Source: Aulosira sp. ZfuVER01
GTDB taxonomy: Bacteria; Cyanobacteriota; Cyanobacteriia; Cyanobacteriales; Nostocaceae
Assembly: GCA_034530615.2 (NCBI GenBank)
Contig: JAVRCV020000073.1
Location: forward strand, 64,001 to 128,000
Length of the DNA: 64,000 bases
Reading direction: 5' to 3'
Part shown: piece by piece, positions 48,046-59,727 of the stretch
How positions within the stretch are numbered: position 1 is the first letter of the stretch
How the letters are laid out: the number at the start of each line of letters is the position of its first letter
Program-made: the position numbers and the translations under genes
Notes under the pieces: generated by a model
Database searches by the model: none
What the model was told of the DNA's origin: nothing
Seen by the model: only the letters and a program-made list of their open reading frames with translations

Positions 48046-50916
48046 GTGACTTACACGATGTCTGCTAATTCTCTGCCTGAAGGTGCCACCGTTTGGCATA
48101 GTTTAGAAGTTGATAAAGCGCTAGACCTGCTTGATAGTAATGCAGACAGTGGCTTAACACCTCAAGAAGTTGAACAACGGTTGCAAAAATACGGCCCCAA
48201 CGAACTCGAAGAACATGGTGGCCGTAGCGCTTGGGAGATTCTGCTCGATCAGTTCAAGAACATTATGTTGTTGATGCTGATTGCTGTTGCAATAATTTCT
48301 GGGGTTTTAGATCTCGTGGCTTGGCGAGGAGGCAATCTCAAGCCTGGCGAAGTGCCCTTCAAAGATACGATCGCGATTATGGCGATTGTGATCCTCAATG
48401 GCATCCTAGGCTATGTGCAAGAAAGCCGCGCGGAAAAAGCTCTTGCAGCCCTAAAAAAACTATCCTCTCCCTTAGTGCGAGTCATCCGCGATCGCAAACT
48501 GGTGGACGTAGCAGCCAAGGAATTAGTCCCAGGAGATGTGATGCTGCTAGAAGCTGGGGTGCAAATAGCCGCCGATGGGCGCTTAATTGAACAATCTAAT
48601 TTACAAATTCGCGAATCGGCCTTAACTGGTGAAGCCGAAGCCGTTAATAAACAAGCAACATTGCAATTACCCGAAGACACAGGGTTAGGCGATCGCTTGA
48701 ATGTTGTCTTTCAAGGAACAGAAGTTGTCCAAGGACGCGCCAAGGTTCTAGTCACCAATACCGGGATGGAAACGGAACTCGGCAAAATTGCGGCCATGTT
48801 GCAAGCGGTGGAAAGTGAACCAACTCCCTTACAACAGCGAATGACTCAACTAGGAAATGTCCTAGTTACCGGTTCTTTGATTTTGGTAGGCATTGTTGTT
48901 GTCGGTGGTATCATCCAGGCTAGAGGTTTTAGCACCTTACAAGAACTTTTAGAAATTTCCTTGAGTATGGCGGTGGCTGTAGTTCCTGAAGGTTTACCCG
49001 CCGTAATCACTGTGACCTTGGCATTGGGAACTCAGCGGATGGTACGCCGCAATGCCTTGATTCGCAAACTACCAGCGGTAGAAACCTTGGGTTCTGTAAC
49101 TACCATCTGTTCTGATAAAACTGGCACGCTGACTCAGAACAAAATGGTGGTGCAATCAGTTTACACAAATAATTCTAGTTTTCGTGTTACCGGAGAAGGT
49201 TACGCCCCCACAGGCGATTTTCAATTAAACGGGCAAAAAATTTCAGCAGATGAACGTCCCGAAATCGCTGCTTTACTAGTCGCCTGTGCTATTTGTAACG
49301 ATTCTGTGCTGCAAAAAGAAAAAGGGGAATGGGCGATTTTAGGCGACCCTACCGAAGGTGCATTACTCACTTTGGCAGGGAAAGCTAGTATTGAAAAAGA
49401 CCAGTGGAATAGTAAATTACCGAGAGTCTCAGAGTTTCCCTTTTCCTCAGAACGCAAGCGCATGAGTGTTATTTCTCAGGTTGAAGCAGTCGCCACAGGT
49501 GAATCTTCTTTAACCGGAATTGACCCAGCGATCGCCGGATTTTTGCAATCAGAAAATTACTTAATGTTTACCAAGGGTTCCCCAGAGTTAATTTTGGCGC
49601 GTTGTAGCCAAATTTATCTAGGTACGCACGCCGTTCCCTTAACTGAAGAACAACGCCAAAAAGTTCTCTCAGAAAATGACCAAATGGCAAGTAAGGGATT
49701 GCGAGTGCTGGGTTTTGCCTACAAACCGCTTGCAGAAATCCCGCCAGAAGGTTCAGATGAAATCTCAGAACAAGAATTGGTTTGGCTGGGACTAGTAGGA
49801 ATGCTAGATGCACCACGCCCAGAGGTAAGGGCTGCAGTCCAAGAATGTCGGGAAGCCGGGATTCGTCCAGTGATGATTACTGGCGATCACCAACTAACAG
49901 CAAGAGCGATCGCTACAGATCTAGGTATAGCCGAGGAAGGCGCTCGTGTCCTCACAGGTCAAGAATTACAGCGCATGAGTGATGAGGAACTAGAGCAAAA
50001 TGTTGACCTAGTAAGCATTTATGCTCGTGTTTCTCCAGAACACAAGTTGCGAATTGTCAAAGCACTGCAACGCCGGGGCAGATTTGTGGCCATGACAGGC
50101 GATGGTGTTAATGATGCCCCAGCCTTAAAACAAGCAGACATCGGTATTGCGATGGGCATCACAGGCACCGATGTGAGTAAAGAAGCTAGCGACATGGTAC
50201 TGCTAGATGACAACTTCGCTACCATTGTTGCCGCGACTAGGGAAGGTAGAGTTGTTTACACCAACATCCGCCGCTTTATCAAATACATCCTGGGCAGTAA
50301 CATTGGCGAAGTGCTAACAATCGCCGCAGCACCTTTAATTGGTTTAGGAGGCGTTCCCCTTACACCCTTGCAAATTCTTTGGATGAACTTGGTAACAGAC
50401 GGTTTACCAGCCCTAGCATTAGCTGTAGAACCCCCTGAGCCAGATGTAATGAAGCGTCCACCCTTCAGCCCCCGTGAGAGTATTTTTGCTAGGGGATTGG
50501 GTTCTTATATGATTCGCATTGGGATTATCTTTGCGATTATCTCAATTTCTTTAATGTGGTGGGCTTACAACTATACCCATGCAGCAGGATATCAAGGCGA
50601 TCGCGAATCTTGGAAGACAATGGTATTTACTACCTTGTGTATTGCCCAAATGGGTCATGCCATAGCTATTCGCTCAAATAATCGACTAACTATAGAGATG
50701 AATCCTTTCTCCAATATGTTTGTGTTGGGAGCTGTGGTAGTCACCACAATATTGCAACTCATGTTAGTTTACGTTCCACCCCTGCGAGAATTCTTTGGCA
50801 CTCACATACTAGATAAGACAGAATTGTGGGTTTGTATCGGCTTTAGTGCTTTGATGTTTGTTTGGGTGGAATTGGAGAAGATATTCTTCCGATTAGTTGG
50901 TAAAAAGGCTGTGTGA
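48046..50916 (+). CDS. Cation-translocating P-type ATPase (P2A, PacL-like)
   Basis: LTGEA, VPEGLP, DKTGTLT, KGSPE, MITGD and TGDGVNDAP motifs. Confidence 0.95.
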   Translation: MTYTMSANSLPEGATVWHSLEVDKALDLLDSNADSGLTPQEVEQRLQKYGPNELEEHGGRSAWEILLDQFKNIMLLMLIAVAIISGVLDLVAWRGGNLKPGEVPFKDTIAIMAIVILNGILGYVQESRAEKALAALKKLSSPLVRVIRDRKLVDVAAKELVPGDVMLLEAGVQIAADGRLIEQSNLQIRESALTGEAEAVNKQATLQLPEDTGLGDRLNVVFQGTEVVQGRAKVLVTNTGMETELGKIAAMLQAVESEPTPLQQRMTQLGNVLVTGSLILVGIVVVGGIIQARGFSTLQELLEISLSMAVAVVPEGLPAVITVTLALGTQRMVRRNALIRKLPAVETLGSVTTICSDKTGTLTQNKMVVQSVYTNNSSFRVTGEGYAPTGDFQLNGQKISADERPEIAALLVACAICNDSVLQKEKGEWAILGDPTEGALLTLAGKASIEKDQWNSKLPRVSEFPFSSERKRMSVISQVEAVATGESSLTGIDPAIAGFLQSENYLMFTKGSPELILARCSQIYLGTHAVPLTEEQRQKVLSENDQMASKGLRVLGFAYKPLAEIPPEGSDEISEQELVWLGLVGMLDAPRPEVRAAVQECREAGIRPVMITGDHQLTARAIATDLGIAEEGARVLTGQELQRMSDEELEQNVDLVSIYARVSPEHKLRIVKALQRRGRFVAMTGDGVNDAPALKQADIGIAMGITGTDVSKEASDMVLLDDNFATIVAATREGRVVYTNIRRFIKYILGSNIGEVLTIAAAPLIGLGGVPLTPLQILWMNLVTDGLPALALAVEPPEPDVMKRPPFSPRESIFARGLGSYMIRIGIIFAIISISLMWWAYNYTHAAGYQGDRESWKTMVFTTLCIAQMGHAIAIRSNNRLTIEMNPFSNMFVLGAVVVTTILQLMLVYVPPLREFFGTHILDKTELWVCIGFSALMFVWVELEKIFFRLVGKKAV

Positions 50917-51023
50917 GGGTGATTGGAAAGATGCGGAGAAAGGGGGACGCGGAGAGTAATTTCCCCGCGTCCCCGCGTCCCTGTGTCTCCGCGTCCTCTT
51001 CCCCATCTTGTAACTTCTCCACT

Positions 51024-52151
51024 ATGTATCTCAAATCCATTCACCTCCGACAGTTTCGCAATTACACAGACCAAAAAGTGGAGTTTACTGCTGCCAAAAC
51101 GATTTTGGTAGGTAACAATGCTCAGGGGAAGTCCAATTTGTTGGAGGCGGTGGAGTTGTTGGCGACATTGCGATCGCATCGGATGGCACGCGATCGCGAT
51201 TTAGTGCAAGAAGGGGAAGCGATCGCTCAAATTAATGCCTCCCTAGAGCGGCAAACTTGTGTTAGTGACCTGAGCTTAACTCTCCGCCGTAATGGTCGGC
51301 GTAGCGTTGCCCTGAATGGCGAGTCTGTGCGCCGTCAAATGGACTTTCTCGGCGTTTTGAATGCAGTGGAGTTTTCTAGTTTAGATTTAGACTTAGTGCG
51401 CGGTGGTCCAGAAGGTCGTCGCAGTTGGCTAGATACCCTATTAATTCAACTAGAACCTGTTTATGCTCATATTTTGCAGCAGTACAATCAGGTTTTGCGA
51501 CAGCGCAATGCTTTTTTGAAACAGACTCAAGATTCAGCACTCAGTACTCAGCACTCAGAACAATTGGCTGTGTGGGATGCGCAGTTAGCGACTACAGGAA
51601 CAAGAGTCATTAGAAGGCGCGAACGAGCTATCCAAAGACTGGCCCCTATTGCTACCAAGTGGCACTCTAGTATTAGTGGTAGTACGGAAAAGCTTCAGAT
51701 CGAGTATGCGCCTAGTGTTCCTTTGGGGGAAAACTATCCCCAAGAAGTGCAGCAAGCTTTTCTAGAGAAAATTCAGCAGCGTGCCATTGCTGAACTGCGC
51801 CAAGGCACTACGTTGGTTGGCCCTCATCGCGACGAAGTCGAATTAATTATTAACCAAACACCTGCACGTCAATACGGTTCTCAAGGTCAGCAGCGCACCT
51901 TAGTATTAGCTCTCAAATTAGCAGAATTACAACTCATTGAAGAAGTTGTGGGAGAGCCACCACTGCTATTGCTGGATGATGTTTTGGCAGAACTAGACCC
52001 CTACCGTCAAAATCAGTTACTTGATGCTATTCAAGACCGATTTCAAACTTTAATTACAACAACTCACCTCGGTTCTTTTGACTCACAGTGGTTGAATTCA
52101 TCTCAAATTCTGCTTGTCAAGGCAGGAGAGATTTCATTACCAAATTGTTGA
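51024..52151 (+). CDS. recF: DNA replication/repair protein RecF
   Basis: MYLKS...FRNY, GNNAQGKSN, GPHRD, SQGQQR and LLLDDV motifs; true start is ATG at 51024. Confidence 0.95.
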   Translation: MYLKSIHLRQFRNYTDQKVEFTAAKTILVGNNAQGKSNLLEAVELLATLRSHRMARDRDLVQEGEAIAQINASLERQTCVSDLSLTLRRNGRRSVALNGESVRRQMDFLGVLNAVEFSSLDLDLVRGGPEGRRSWLDTLLIQLEPVYAHILQQYNQVLRQRNAFLKQTQDSALSTQHSEQLAVWDAQLATTGTRVIRRRERAIQRLAPIATKWHSSISGSTEKLQIEYAPSVPLGENYPQEVQQAFLEKIQQRAIAELRQGTTLVGPHRDEVELIINQTPARQYGSQGQQRTLVLALKLAELQLIEEVVGEPPLLLLDDVLAELDPYRQNQLLDAIQDRFQTLITTTHLGSFDSQWLNSSQILLVKAGEISLPNC

Positions 52152-52510
52152 GAAATTTAAAGAAAAATATTATTTTTTTAACAAAGTTTATTAATAATAA
52201 AAATTCTAATTTTCTAGTTGAATTTACTGAAATTACGTAGCAATATCTCACAGTAAGTTAGTTTTCGTTTATCATAAGTTCCAGCGAGTTTATGTGGATG
52301 GAACACCCAAAGTTACTATACATCAGCAGAAATACAGATACTATTCACCAAACAGTGAGAGCGCTTAAAATAAAGTTTTTTGTAGTGCAAATTTTTAATT
52401 ACGCCTCTCCTGAAGGATTTGCATTGAGTAGCAGTAATATTGCTTATCTCTTTACTAGAAAATATTGTCTACAACTCATAAACATTATAGATTTACAATA
52501 AATTTTATAT

Positions 52511-52924
52511 ATGCCTCCACAAAATCACACATTAAATAAAGATGAGATTGCTGCACTAGGTGCATCATTAAGAGGAATTGAGCAGAAGCTACTTAAACAA
52601 TCGCAGCAAACAGGTATAACTAGAATGTGGTTCCAAGGAGAAGAACCTTATTTTGATGTTTTCTTTGAATTAAAAAATGATGAAATCTTATGGTTTCAAT
52701 TTACTTTACGTGGTAAATCCCTTTCTTGGGATAGTAGAAAAGCGCGATTACAAACGGGCACTACTAATGAACTAAATTATAATGATGTCAGCTTTTATGC
52801 TGCTAGCAAAACAATTGAAAATGATATTCAAACTAATTGGGAATTTGTAAATTTAGTTAAATCAATTCTAGAAACTAGATCCACAGAACCTATTTTTTCT
52901 CAGGCGCTAAAATTATTTGATTAG
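52511..52924 (+). CDS. Conserved cyanobacterial hypothetical protein
   Basis: 137-aa ORF with WFQGEEPYFD...WFQFTLRG pattern. Confidence 0.75.
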   Translation: MPPQNHTLNKDEIAALGASLRGIEQKLLKQSQQTGITRMWFQGEEPYFDVFFELKNDEILWFQFTLRGKSLSWDSRKARLQTGTTNELNYNDVSFYAASKTIENDIQTNWEFVNLVKSILETRSTEPIFSQALKLFD

Positions 52925-52963
52925 CCTTTGGTTATTTATTAGTTGATAGCTACATTTATCAAG

Positions 52964-53091
52964 TATGACTTACGCAAAAGTCAGGGAATTACGTCATTAC
53001 GAGCGAAGCGACGTAATCGCCTGAAATTCTAGGATTGCTTCCCTACACTACGTTCTGGTCGCAATGACAAATTTAGCTTGAGTAAGTCCTG
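52964..53091. mobile_element. 128-bp MITE-like element, copy 2 (inverted relative to copy 1)
   Basis: Reverse complement of 16840-16967 with scattered substitutions, including in the TIRs (TATGACTTACGCA...TGAGTAAGTCCTG). Confidence 0.8.
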
Positions 53092-53105
53092 TAAATAACC
53101 AACGA

Positions 53106-53543
53106 CTAATTCCTTTTTTCAAATCTTTTGAAAACATTGAGAACTAAAAAAGTTAGTAAAGCGCCAATTAAACCTAATTTCCACAAGCCACACCCAGATG
53201 CAATTCCCAAAGCTGCGGAAACCCAAACAGCCGCAGCTGATGTGAGTCCGTGAACTTCAGGTCGCTGTGATTCTTGAGAAGATTCGCGTAAAATCTCTCC
53301 AGCACCAAGAAATCCTATACCAGCCGCAATACCTTGAATAACTCGGCTAAGAGCGTCAGCACTAGGTTTGAGTTCTACTGTATACAGAGGGATAACAGTA
53401 AAAAGAGCTGAACCTAGACTGACTAACATATGAGTTCTTAAACCAGCTGGTTTATGCCTCAGCTCTCTTTCTAAGCCGATAATTGCCCCACTTAGTAGCG
53501 CTGTACATAGCCTCAAGGTGATATCTAACAAATCATTGCTCAT
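53106..53543 (-). CDS. MgtC/SapB family protein
   Basis: GLERE...AGLRTH, GIGFLGAG and GLTSAAAVW motifs. Confidence 0.92.
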   Translation of the reverse strand: MSNDLLDITLRLCTALLSGAIIGLERELRHKPAGLRTHMLVSLGSALFTVIPLYTVELKPSADALSRVIQGIAAGIGFLGAGEILRESSQESQRPEVHGLTSAAAVWVSAALGIASGCGLWKLGLIGALLTFLVLNVFKRFEKRN

Positions 53544-53854
53544 TAAGCATCAAAGATAGCCAGTACAAAATAATACTTGCTTTAAGATAAATGATTCTCC
53601 ATCTTACTTTAGATAGTAATCTACTTATCAAAGGCTATGGCGACTGCTTTTATAATGAGCGATCGCGTTTTTGCCGAAGAAGGTATTCTGGTAAAGTACT
53701 TACTCCTACATACAGATGAGGACACTTGCATGGTGAAAGAGGGTGGAGTTTAAAGCACAGTCAGAGAAAAAAACAGGGATTTGCTCTGAAGTGTTACACC
53801 AAGTCACTAAGGTGGCTCTAGCAAATGAATGACAACTGAGAACAACAAAATTGA

Positions 53855-56257
53855 GTGGACAAACTCTACTGGCTTGACCAAATTAAACTCCAAGACCGCG
53901 CCAAAGTAGGTGACAAAGCATTTTACTTGAGCCGAATTATGCAGCGTGGCTACCCTGTAGTACCTGGCTTTGTCGTTGGGGCGGAAGTTTTGCAACAATT
54001 CTTAGAAACTCTTAATAGTTCAGAGTCATTAGTTGCCGATTTACCCCATTCTTCATTACATCTAGATGTCGCTAATTGGCGTCAACTTCAGCAGGTAGCT
54101 GGCCGCTTGCGTCAGGAAATTATTACTGCCACTGTACCACCGTCTTGGGTCAGCAACATTCTCACAGCAGCTAGAGAATTAGAAAGTGAGCATTTAATTT
54201 TGCGTCCAACGGTGATGGTTTCCAATACTACCCAGTCGGTAGGGAATATATCAGGGTTGTTGGAGTCAGTCTTTTGCCCTTGTAATCAAGAAGCGATCGC
54301 TATAGGATTAAAGCGCACTTGGAGTCAGTTATTTCGTGCGAGAAGTCTACTCTATTGGCAACGCTCAGGCACTAATCTACAACAAGTTAATTTAGCAGTT
54401 TTAGTACAGCCTATTCGCAATGCTATTGCTAGCGGCTTACTCAACGCCAATACCTCTGGATGGGAAATTGCAGCTACTTACGGATTGGGAGTAGCGATCG
54501 CTAATGGTGAAGTTTTACCGGATCTCTACTATATTCAACCAGAAACCGGAAAGTTAATCGAGCAAGAGCTAGGCAATAAAATCTTAGCTTACCGTCTTGA
54601 CAACATAGCTGCTAAAAATGACTTGCAACTGATGCCGCAGTCAGTATTGACATTAGATAATACTTGTCTAGTTGCCTATCTCCTCAACGAAAACCAACAA
54701 AAACAGTATGCTTTACCAGAAGATTACCTGCAACAAGTAATTGTTTTAGGTAATCAACTCCTCAGTGAATTAGGTAAAAATTTTTATATTGAATGGACGA
54801 TTTCACAGGAAACTCCCACGCCCAAACTCTACCTTACACAAGTTAGTAACCCCCAATCGGCAATTCCTAATCTCCAAATCATCAAAGGGCTAGGGGCAGC
54901 AAGAGGACGAGTCACAGCAACCGCATTCGTGATTGCCCATTCCCCAACGAAACCAGAACAGCTACCCCAAGGAGTGATTTTAGTTGCCCGGACGATCAAT
55001 CCTGATTGGTTGCCGTTCTTACAACAGATTGCAGGTATTATTACAGAACAAGGCGGCTTGACCAGCCATGCAGCAATCCTGGCTAGAGAATTGGGAATTC
55101 CCGCAGTAGTCAGCGCTACAGATGTCACTGCCCTAATTCAATCTGGTGAAAGACTACATGTAGATGGCGATCGCGGAGAAGTTTCTCGTGTTAGAGAAGA
55201 CATAGCCGCAGAAAGGACTCCACCAAGATGGGATTCAGCGAAAAATCTAGAACTCAATGATTCTCACTCCTCCATGCCCTCATTGCCTGCTCACTCCAAT
55301 TCGTGGGAACCCCTAACCCCAAGATCTTCTTTGTCTCCTCCCCAACCGCTAATAGCCACCCAACTGCTCTTGAACCTGAGTCAAAGCAGTTTAATTGAAC
55401 AAGTAAAAAATTTACCTGTAGATGGGGTAGGTTTATTGCGCTCGGAACTGATGATGCTCACCATACTGGAGGGACAACACCCCAATAGTTGGCTAGCAGA
55501 TGGGCGTCAGGCAGAATTGCTAGATCTCTGGACTGAGCAGATTATGCAATTTGCCTGTGGTTTTGCACCACGACCGATCTTATATCGCTCTTTGGATTGG
55601 CGATCGCATGAGTTGCCATCGTTTCCCCATCATCTCCAATCTTCATCACAGGCGGTCTTGGGCGAACGTGGCATTTTTAGTTATTTACTTAATCCCGCAG
55701 TTTTTGAGTTGGAATTGGCGGCTTTAGCGAGTGTACAGAAAGCTGGTTACAGCAATATCAACCTCTTATTACCCTTTGTTCGCAGTGTAGAAGAGTTTTC
55801 CCTTTGCCGTCAAAAAGTTGAGCAAGCCGGATTAACTCAGGTACCTCAGTTTCAACTATGGATTATGGCAGAAGTTCCAAGCGTGCTGTTTTTACTCCCA
55901 GAATATGTCAAAGCAGGGGTAGAAGGAATTTCCATTGGCACAAATGACCTCACCCAACTCCTTCTAGGAGTAGATCGAGACAAAGAACAGCTAGCAAGAA
56001 GATTTAACGAACTGCACCCCGCAGTTATGGGTGCGATCGCGCAACTAATCCAGATGTCCAAAGATGCCGAAATTCCTTGTGCAATCTGCGGACAAGCACC
56101 AGCGCTTTATCCAGAAATCATCGACAGATTAGTGCAATGGGGTATTACGGCAATTTCCGTAGAACCAGAAGCCATAGAGCGAACATATCAAGCGATCGCC
56201 CGTGCCGAACAACGCCTAATTTTAGAAGCCGCACGGCGTCAGTTGAAGGGCGAGTGA
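53855..56257 (+). CDS. PEP-synthase-like (PEP-utilising) protein with degenerate nucleotide-binding domain
   Basis: TEQGGLTSHAAILARELGIP His domain; VGLLRSE, MAEVP, SIGTNDLTQ and ICGQ PEP-domain motifs; divergent N-domain. Confidence 0.85.
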   Translation: MDKLYWLDQIKLQDRAKVGDKAFYLSRIMQRGYPVVPGFVVGAEVLQQFLETLNSSESLVADLPHSSLHLDVANWRQLQQVAGRLRQEIITATVPPSWVSNILTAARELESEHLILRPTVMVSNTTQSVGNISGLLESVFCPCNQEAIAIGLKRTWSQLFRARSLLYWQRSGTNLQQVNLAVLVQPIRNAIASGLLNANTSGWEIAATYGLGVAIANGEVLPDLYYIQPETGKLIEQELGNKILAYRLDNIAAKNDLQLMPQSVLTLDNTCLVAYLLNENQQKQYALPEDYLQQVIVLGNQLLSELGKNFYIEWTISQETPTPKLYLTQVSNPQSAIPNLQIIKGLGAARGRVTATAFVIAHSPTKPEQLPQGVILVARTINPDWLPFLQQIAGIITEQGGLTSHAAILARELGIPAVVSATDVTALIQSGERLHVDGDRGEVSRVREDIAAERTPPRWDSAKNLELNDSHSSMPSLPAHSNSWEPLTPRSSLSPPQPLIATQLLLNLSQSSLIEQVKNLPVDGVGLLRSELMMLTILEGQHPNSWLADGRQAELLDLWTEQIMQFACGFAPRPILYRSLDWRSHELPSFPHHLQSSSQAVLGERGIFSYLLNPAVFELELAALASVQKAGYSNINLLLPFVRSVEEFSLCRQKVEQAGLTQVPQFQLWIMAEVPSVLFLLPEYVKAGVEGISIGTNDLTQLLLGVDRDKEQLARRFNELHPAVMGAIAQLIQMSKDAEIPCAICGQAPALYPEIIDRLVQWGITAISVEPEAIERTYQAIARAEQRLILEAARRQLKGE

Positions 56258-56390
56258 GGGGGACAAGGGAGACAAGGAGGACAAGAAATTTTAGATTTTA
56301 GATTTTGGATTTTAGATTGAAATCTAATCCAAAATCGTAAATCCAAAATCCAAAATTGTTTCCAATGCCCAATGCCCAATGCCCCATTAC

Positions 56391-57212
56391 CTATTTAACA
56401 TATCCAGTTTCCCGTAAAAACTTACGTAATTCTGCGAAGAATTGAGAGTGATCGCTTTTTTTATAAGCCTGCTGTACTCGCTGCCAACCATCTTGTTCTT
56501 GACCCAGCATATATTTATCTGCTAAGTATGCTGAGAGAAATCCCTTACCATCATCACCTTGTTGGCGTGCTTGATTATAGGTTTGCCATAGCTCTGTGGC
56601 ATTATTAGCAATTAATTTGGGATAGCGACGGGTAACATCAACCATCTTGCCTTGACGATACTGCCAGATTTGTAGTGGATAGCCAGAAGCTGCATAGGAA
56701 CTAAAAGCATAAGCAAAGCGATCATCTCGACTATCAAACTCTGGTAATCCATCCTTGTCTAAATCTCGGAGTCGATAGCCACCATTACCCCATTCATGGC
56801 GAATCTTTTTGTACTGTTTTGATTTACTGTCGTAACGATAAATCAGTGAATAAGTACAGCAATGTGCGCCTCCTGTAAAGAAATCGGCAATTACTTCCGG
56901 TTCTTTATTACCGTCTAAATCTAGCACTGGTAACTTATTGTCTGGCGCTTCCAACAAATCTCCTATCGGTCGGTCATATTCACTGTCTTGGGGTAGCTTT
57001 TGATCTAAAACCCTTTGACCTGAGCGTGTAATTTGCAATCGTACATTTTTATACTGGTATTCCTGTGGTTTATCGTATGATATTTCCGCCTGCACATTGC
57101 CTGATTTACCAGTGATGGTTTCTGCTGTAGCTGTTTGGTTCAATACAACCGCAGTACTCACAAGAGCTAAACCGATTAAAGAATATTTGCACAAGCAACG
57201 AATGGAACTCAT
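56391..57212 (-). CDS. Secreted hypothetical protein (DLDG..PE repeats, TGGAHCC motif)
   Basis: Signal peptide; two DLDxD-type loops. Confidence 0.75.
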   Translation of the reverse strand: MSSIRCLCKYSLIGLALVSTAVVLNQTATAETITGKSGNVQAEISYDKPQEYQYKNVRLQITRSGQRVLDQKLPQDSEYDRPIGDLLEAPDNKLPVLDLDGNKEPEVIADFFTGGAHCCTYSLIYRYDSKSKQYKKIRHEWGNGGYRLRDLDKDGLPEFDSRDDRFAYAFSSYAASGYPLQIWQYRQGKMVDVTRRYPKLIANNATELWQTYNQARQQGDDGKGFLSAYLADKYMLGQEQDGWQRVQQAYKKSDHSQFFAELRKFLRETGYVK

Positions 57213-57263
57213 GATTGGTGTTGTATATATTAAGACAGATTTTATACAACACCATTAGAATCT

Positions 57264-58436
57264 TCAATATCGGAAAATTGCTGCCACAGGTTTGCTGAAA
57301 GGTATTTGTTCTGGTGGAACGGCGTAGACAGTACCACCGTTTAATAAGGTATGACTAGCAACCAAGTCTAACAAATCCTCATCACCAGTTTCTTTTTCTT
57401 CGTGCAGATACACAGTTTCCGAACTTGGATCGAACAAACCCCATTGCTGCTGACCAACTGCAACTAACAATGAATCAATTCGCTGATAATAAGCTGCGGG
57501 GATAACTTGTTTGAGGTCGTTGCTGGCTTTACCAGTATCACCACCAAATAATTGTTGAAAACGCTCCAAAAATTCTTGTTGTGACTTTTGAAAATCAGCC
57601 TCAACAATCGGCCAAGCGCGATCGTGTAACTCTTGAGCGCTGAGAATTTCTGGATTCCCAGTGATACCTTCTGCCATCAAATGCTGGTAAGTATTTGCCT
57701 GTCTGTACAAAGGTAGGAGATACTCAACCCCAGCCAGCACTAAAGGTGCTGTTTCGTCTCGGAGTTTTTCATGCAATGCTTTGTCGATGATGGAAAAGAA
57801 TTGCCGGATTTCTTCTTGGTGCTGATCTCTATCGGGACTTCCCTGTCCGTGAAACTCACCTGGCTGGACAAAAGAATTAGCTGTTCCTCCTTTGCCAGTA
57901 GCGATGCGGAACTGACCTTCTTTGGCAGTTTCATCTTGATTGAGAGCTTCTTCCAGACTTTGAGGCAGATTTTCTACTTCAACTTTGTTAATGGTGTAGT
58001 GTGTTCCCTCAAAAAATCTCACATCCTGTTGGCTCAAAGCCAAAATGTAGAAACGACCATTACCATTTAAAATTGGCAACAGTGGCTTGATGTGAAATCT
58101 GTCTGTAACTACTACTAATTCTTGAAAATTGAGTGGCAGAGTATAGTAACGAAAAAAATCTTGAGAAATAAAAATTGCTATTCCTAGCTCTCCCATTTGC
58201 TCCCAAAATTCTTGGGTATCGAGAGCAATGGCTTTTTGCAACAATGCCGTTGCTTCTTGTGGTTCTAAACCTGCATCAATTAAGCGAGCTTCTGCTTCCT
58301 TAATTAAATTCTTAAACCGAATCGGGTCTTGTCGCACTTCTGGCCCAGCTGGGTGCGTTGGCATATAAATGGAAACACAATTTCCCTTTGGCTGTTCTAG
58401 CAGCGGCTTGATTTCTTCTCTAGAAATTATTTGCAT
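57264..58436 (-). CDS. Bacterial archaeo-eukaryotic release factor (baeRF3/7-like) protein
   Basis: CVSIYMPT, IRFKNL, RFHIKPLLP, PLVLAG, DLLD...GG and C-terminal AAIFRY motifs. Confidence 0.82.
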   Translation of the reverse strand: MQIISREEIKPLLEQPKGNCVSIYMPTHPAGPEVRQDPIRFKNLIKEAEARLIDAGLEPQEATALLQKAIALDTQEFWEQMGELGIAIFISQDFFRYYTLPLNFQELVVVTDRFHIKPLLPILNGNGRFYILALSQQDVRFFEGTHYTINKVEVENLPQSLEEALNQDETAKEGQFRIATGKGGTANSFVQPGEFHGQGSPDRDQHQEEIRQFFSIIDKALHEKLRDETAPLVLAGVEYLLPLYRQANTYQHLMAEGITGNPEILSAQELHDRAWPIVEADFQKSQQEFLERFQQLFGGDTGKASNDLKQVIPAAYYQRIDSLLVAVGQQQWGLFDPSSETVYLHEEKETGDEDLLDLVASHTLLNGGTVYAVPPEQIPFSKPVAAIFRY

Positions 58437-58706
58437 AATGATATCCCTCCTAGCAACATGGACACATCACATCAAGTCTGATGAAATGTGTTCTAGATGC
58501 GGCATTTGAAGCCACAACCGTTTGACCTGGATTTATTTCACGTCAAGGAGGGGAAAGTTTCATCTTTCTCAGGACTTACGCAATTGGCATATATCTTCTG
58601 CTATTAGGGTCAAGATTCAAGGGTCAAAGGTCAAAGGTCAAAAGTTAATAGGCAATAGGCAATAGTCATTTTTTCTCCCTCATCCTCCTTATCCTCCTGC
58701 AACCTG

Positions 58707-59357
58707 CTACCCATTTTTAGTTTGTTGTGAATTGATGGGGATCTCTGTTTTTGGTTGCTGAACCCATCCTAAAGTCACTCGTTTCATAATCGCGTACAAA
58801 CCTATAAGGATGATAAAAGTGATCGCAATAATCACTAAAGGCTGTTTGCCAAGAAGTTCCTCTACACCTTTGGTTAGTACAGCATCTGGCTGTGTAATGA
58901 AATCCCAACTATTGAAACGCAAGAACCGTCCCCAATAAATACCCACAGCAGAGAGCGCATGAGTAATCAACTCAACCCATAAAATCCATTGACTCTTACC
59001 AATTCGGTGTAAATAGTAACCTAAATTAATTAAAGATATTACGTAAGCTTCAAATCCAGCAAAAATTACTAATAAATAAAGAGGAATTAACACCAAGGTA
59101 ATAATCCACACTGATTGAATTTTGCGGATATCATCTATTAGGTGAATGACATCGGTCAATAAATAAGGTGCATTCGGTAAAAAGGCATAAAACACTAAGA
59201 ATCCTAGCCACCAAACCCAAGATCTACCGCGCTTTTTCCGAAATAGCCAGATACTTAAGACCAAAGGTATAAAAGCTAGAAACAGATTCCAAGTCATCCA
59301 TCCCATATTGATTTGTAAGACTTGGACTAATTTGGTTATCAATAGTTCTGCCTTCAT
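58707..59357 (-). CDS. DUF1361 membrane protein
   Basis: WNLFLAFIP, FLPNAPYLLTD.IH and GRFLRFNSWD motifs. Confidence 0.9.
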   Translation of the reverse strand: MKAELLITKLVQVLQINMGWMTWNLFLAFIPLVLSIWLFRKKRGRSWVWWLGFLVFYAFLPNAPYLLTDVIHLIDDIRKIQSVWIITLVLIPLYLLVIFAGFEAYVISLINLGYYLHRIGKSQWILWVELITHALSAVGIYWGRFLRFNSWDFITQPDAVLTKGVEELLGKQPLVIIAITFIILIGLYAIMKRVTLGWVQQPKTEIPINSQQTKNG

Positions 59358-59727
59358 AGATGCTGACTCGCAATGGTGTAATTAATTTGGATTTACTATG
59401 TATTTGGTGTTAATTTCATTGATTGACCAAAAAAAGTCAAAATTCAGACTGCTATTTTGGTTAATCCTCAATAAAATCTATTTACTTAGACTCTATACAC
59501 TAAGCCACTAGTATAACTAGAAAATTATTAGAGGCAAATCTGTCACATTAAACAAGTGGATTTAGCTGCAATTATTACATAATCTTAAATAAAAATACGT
59601 AATTATAAATTTGGCGTTTTCATTATATAAATGAACTGTTCATCGAAAATAAATTTCTCTATTAAGTAACAATAAAGACTTGTTTATTTATTATGAACTG
59701 CGTACATTATGAAGAATGAACATTTTC

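Noticed and set aside
50913..51023. 37-aa N-terminal extension of RecF in the ORF track
   Set aside because: It is translated intergenic repeat sequence; the canonical MYLK start is at 51024.
56257..56390. Heptamer/octamer tracts here and at about 9545, 10260, 21180, 32300, 32540, 46020, 50930, 58610 and 61680
   Set aside because: Ordinary Nostocales STRR-type repeats at gene ends.
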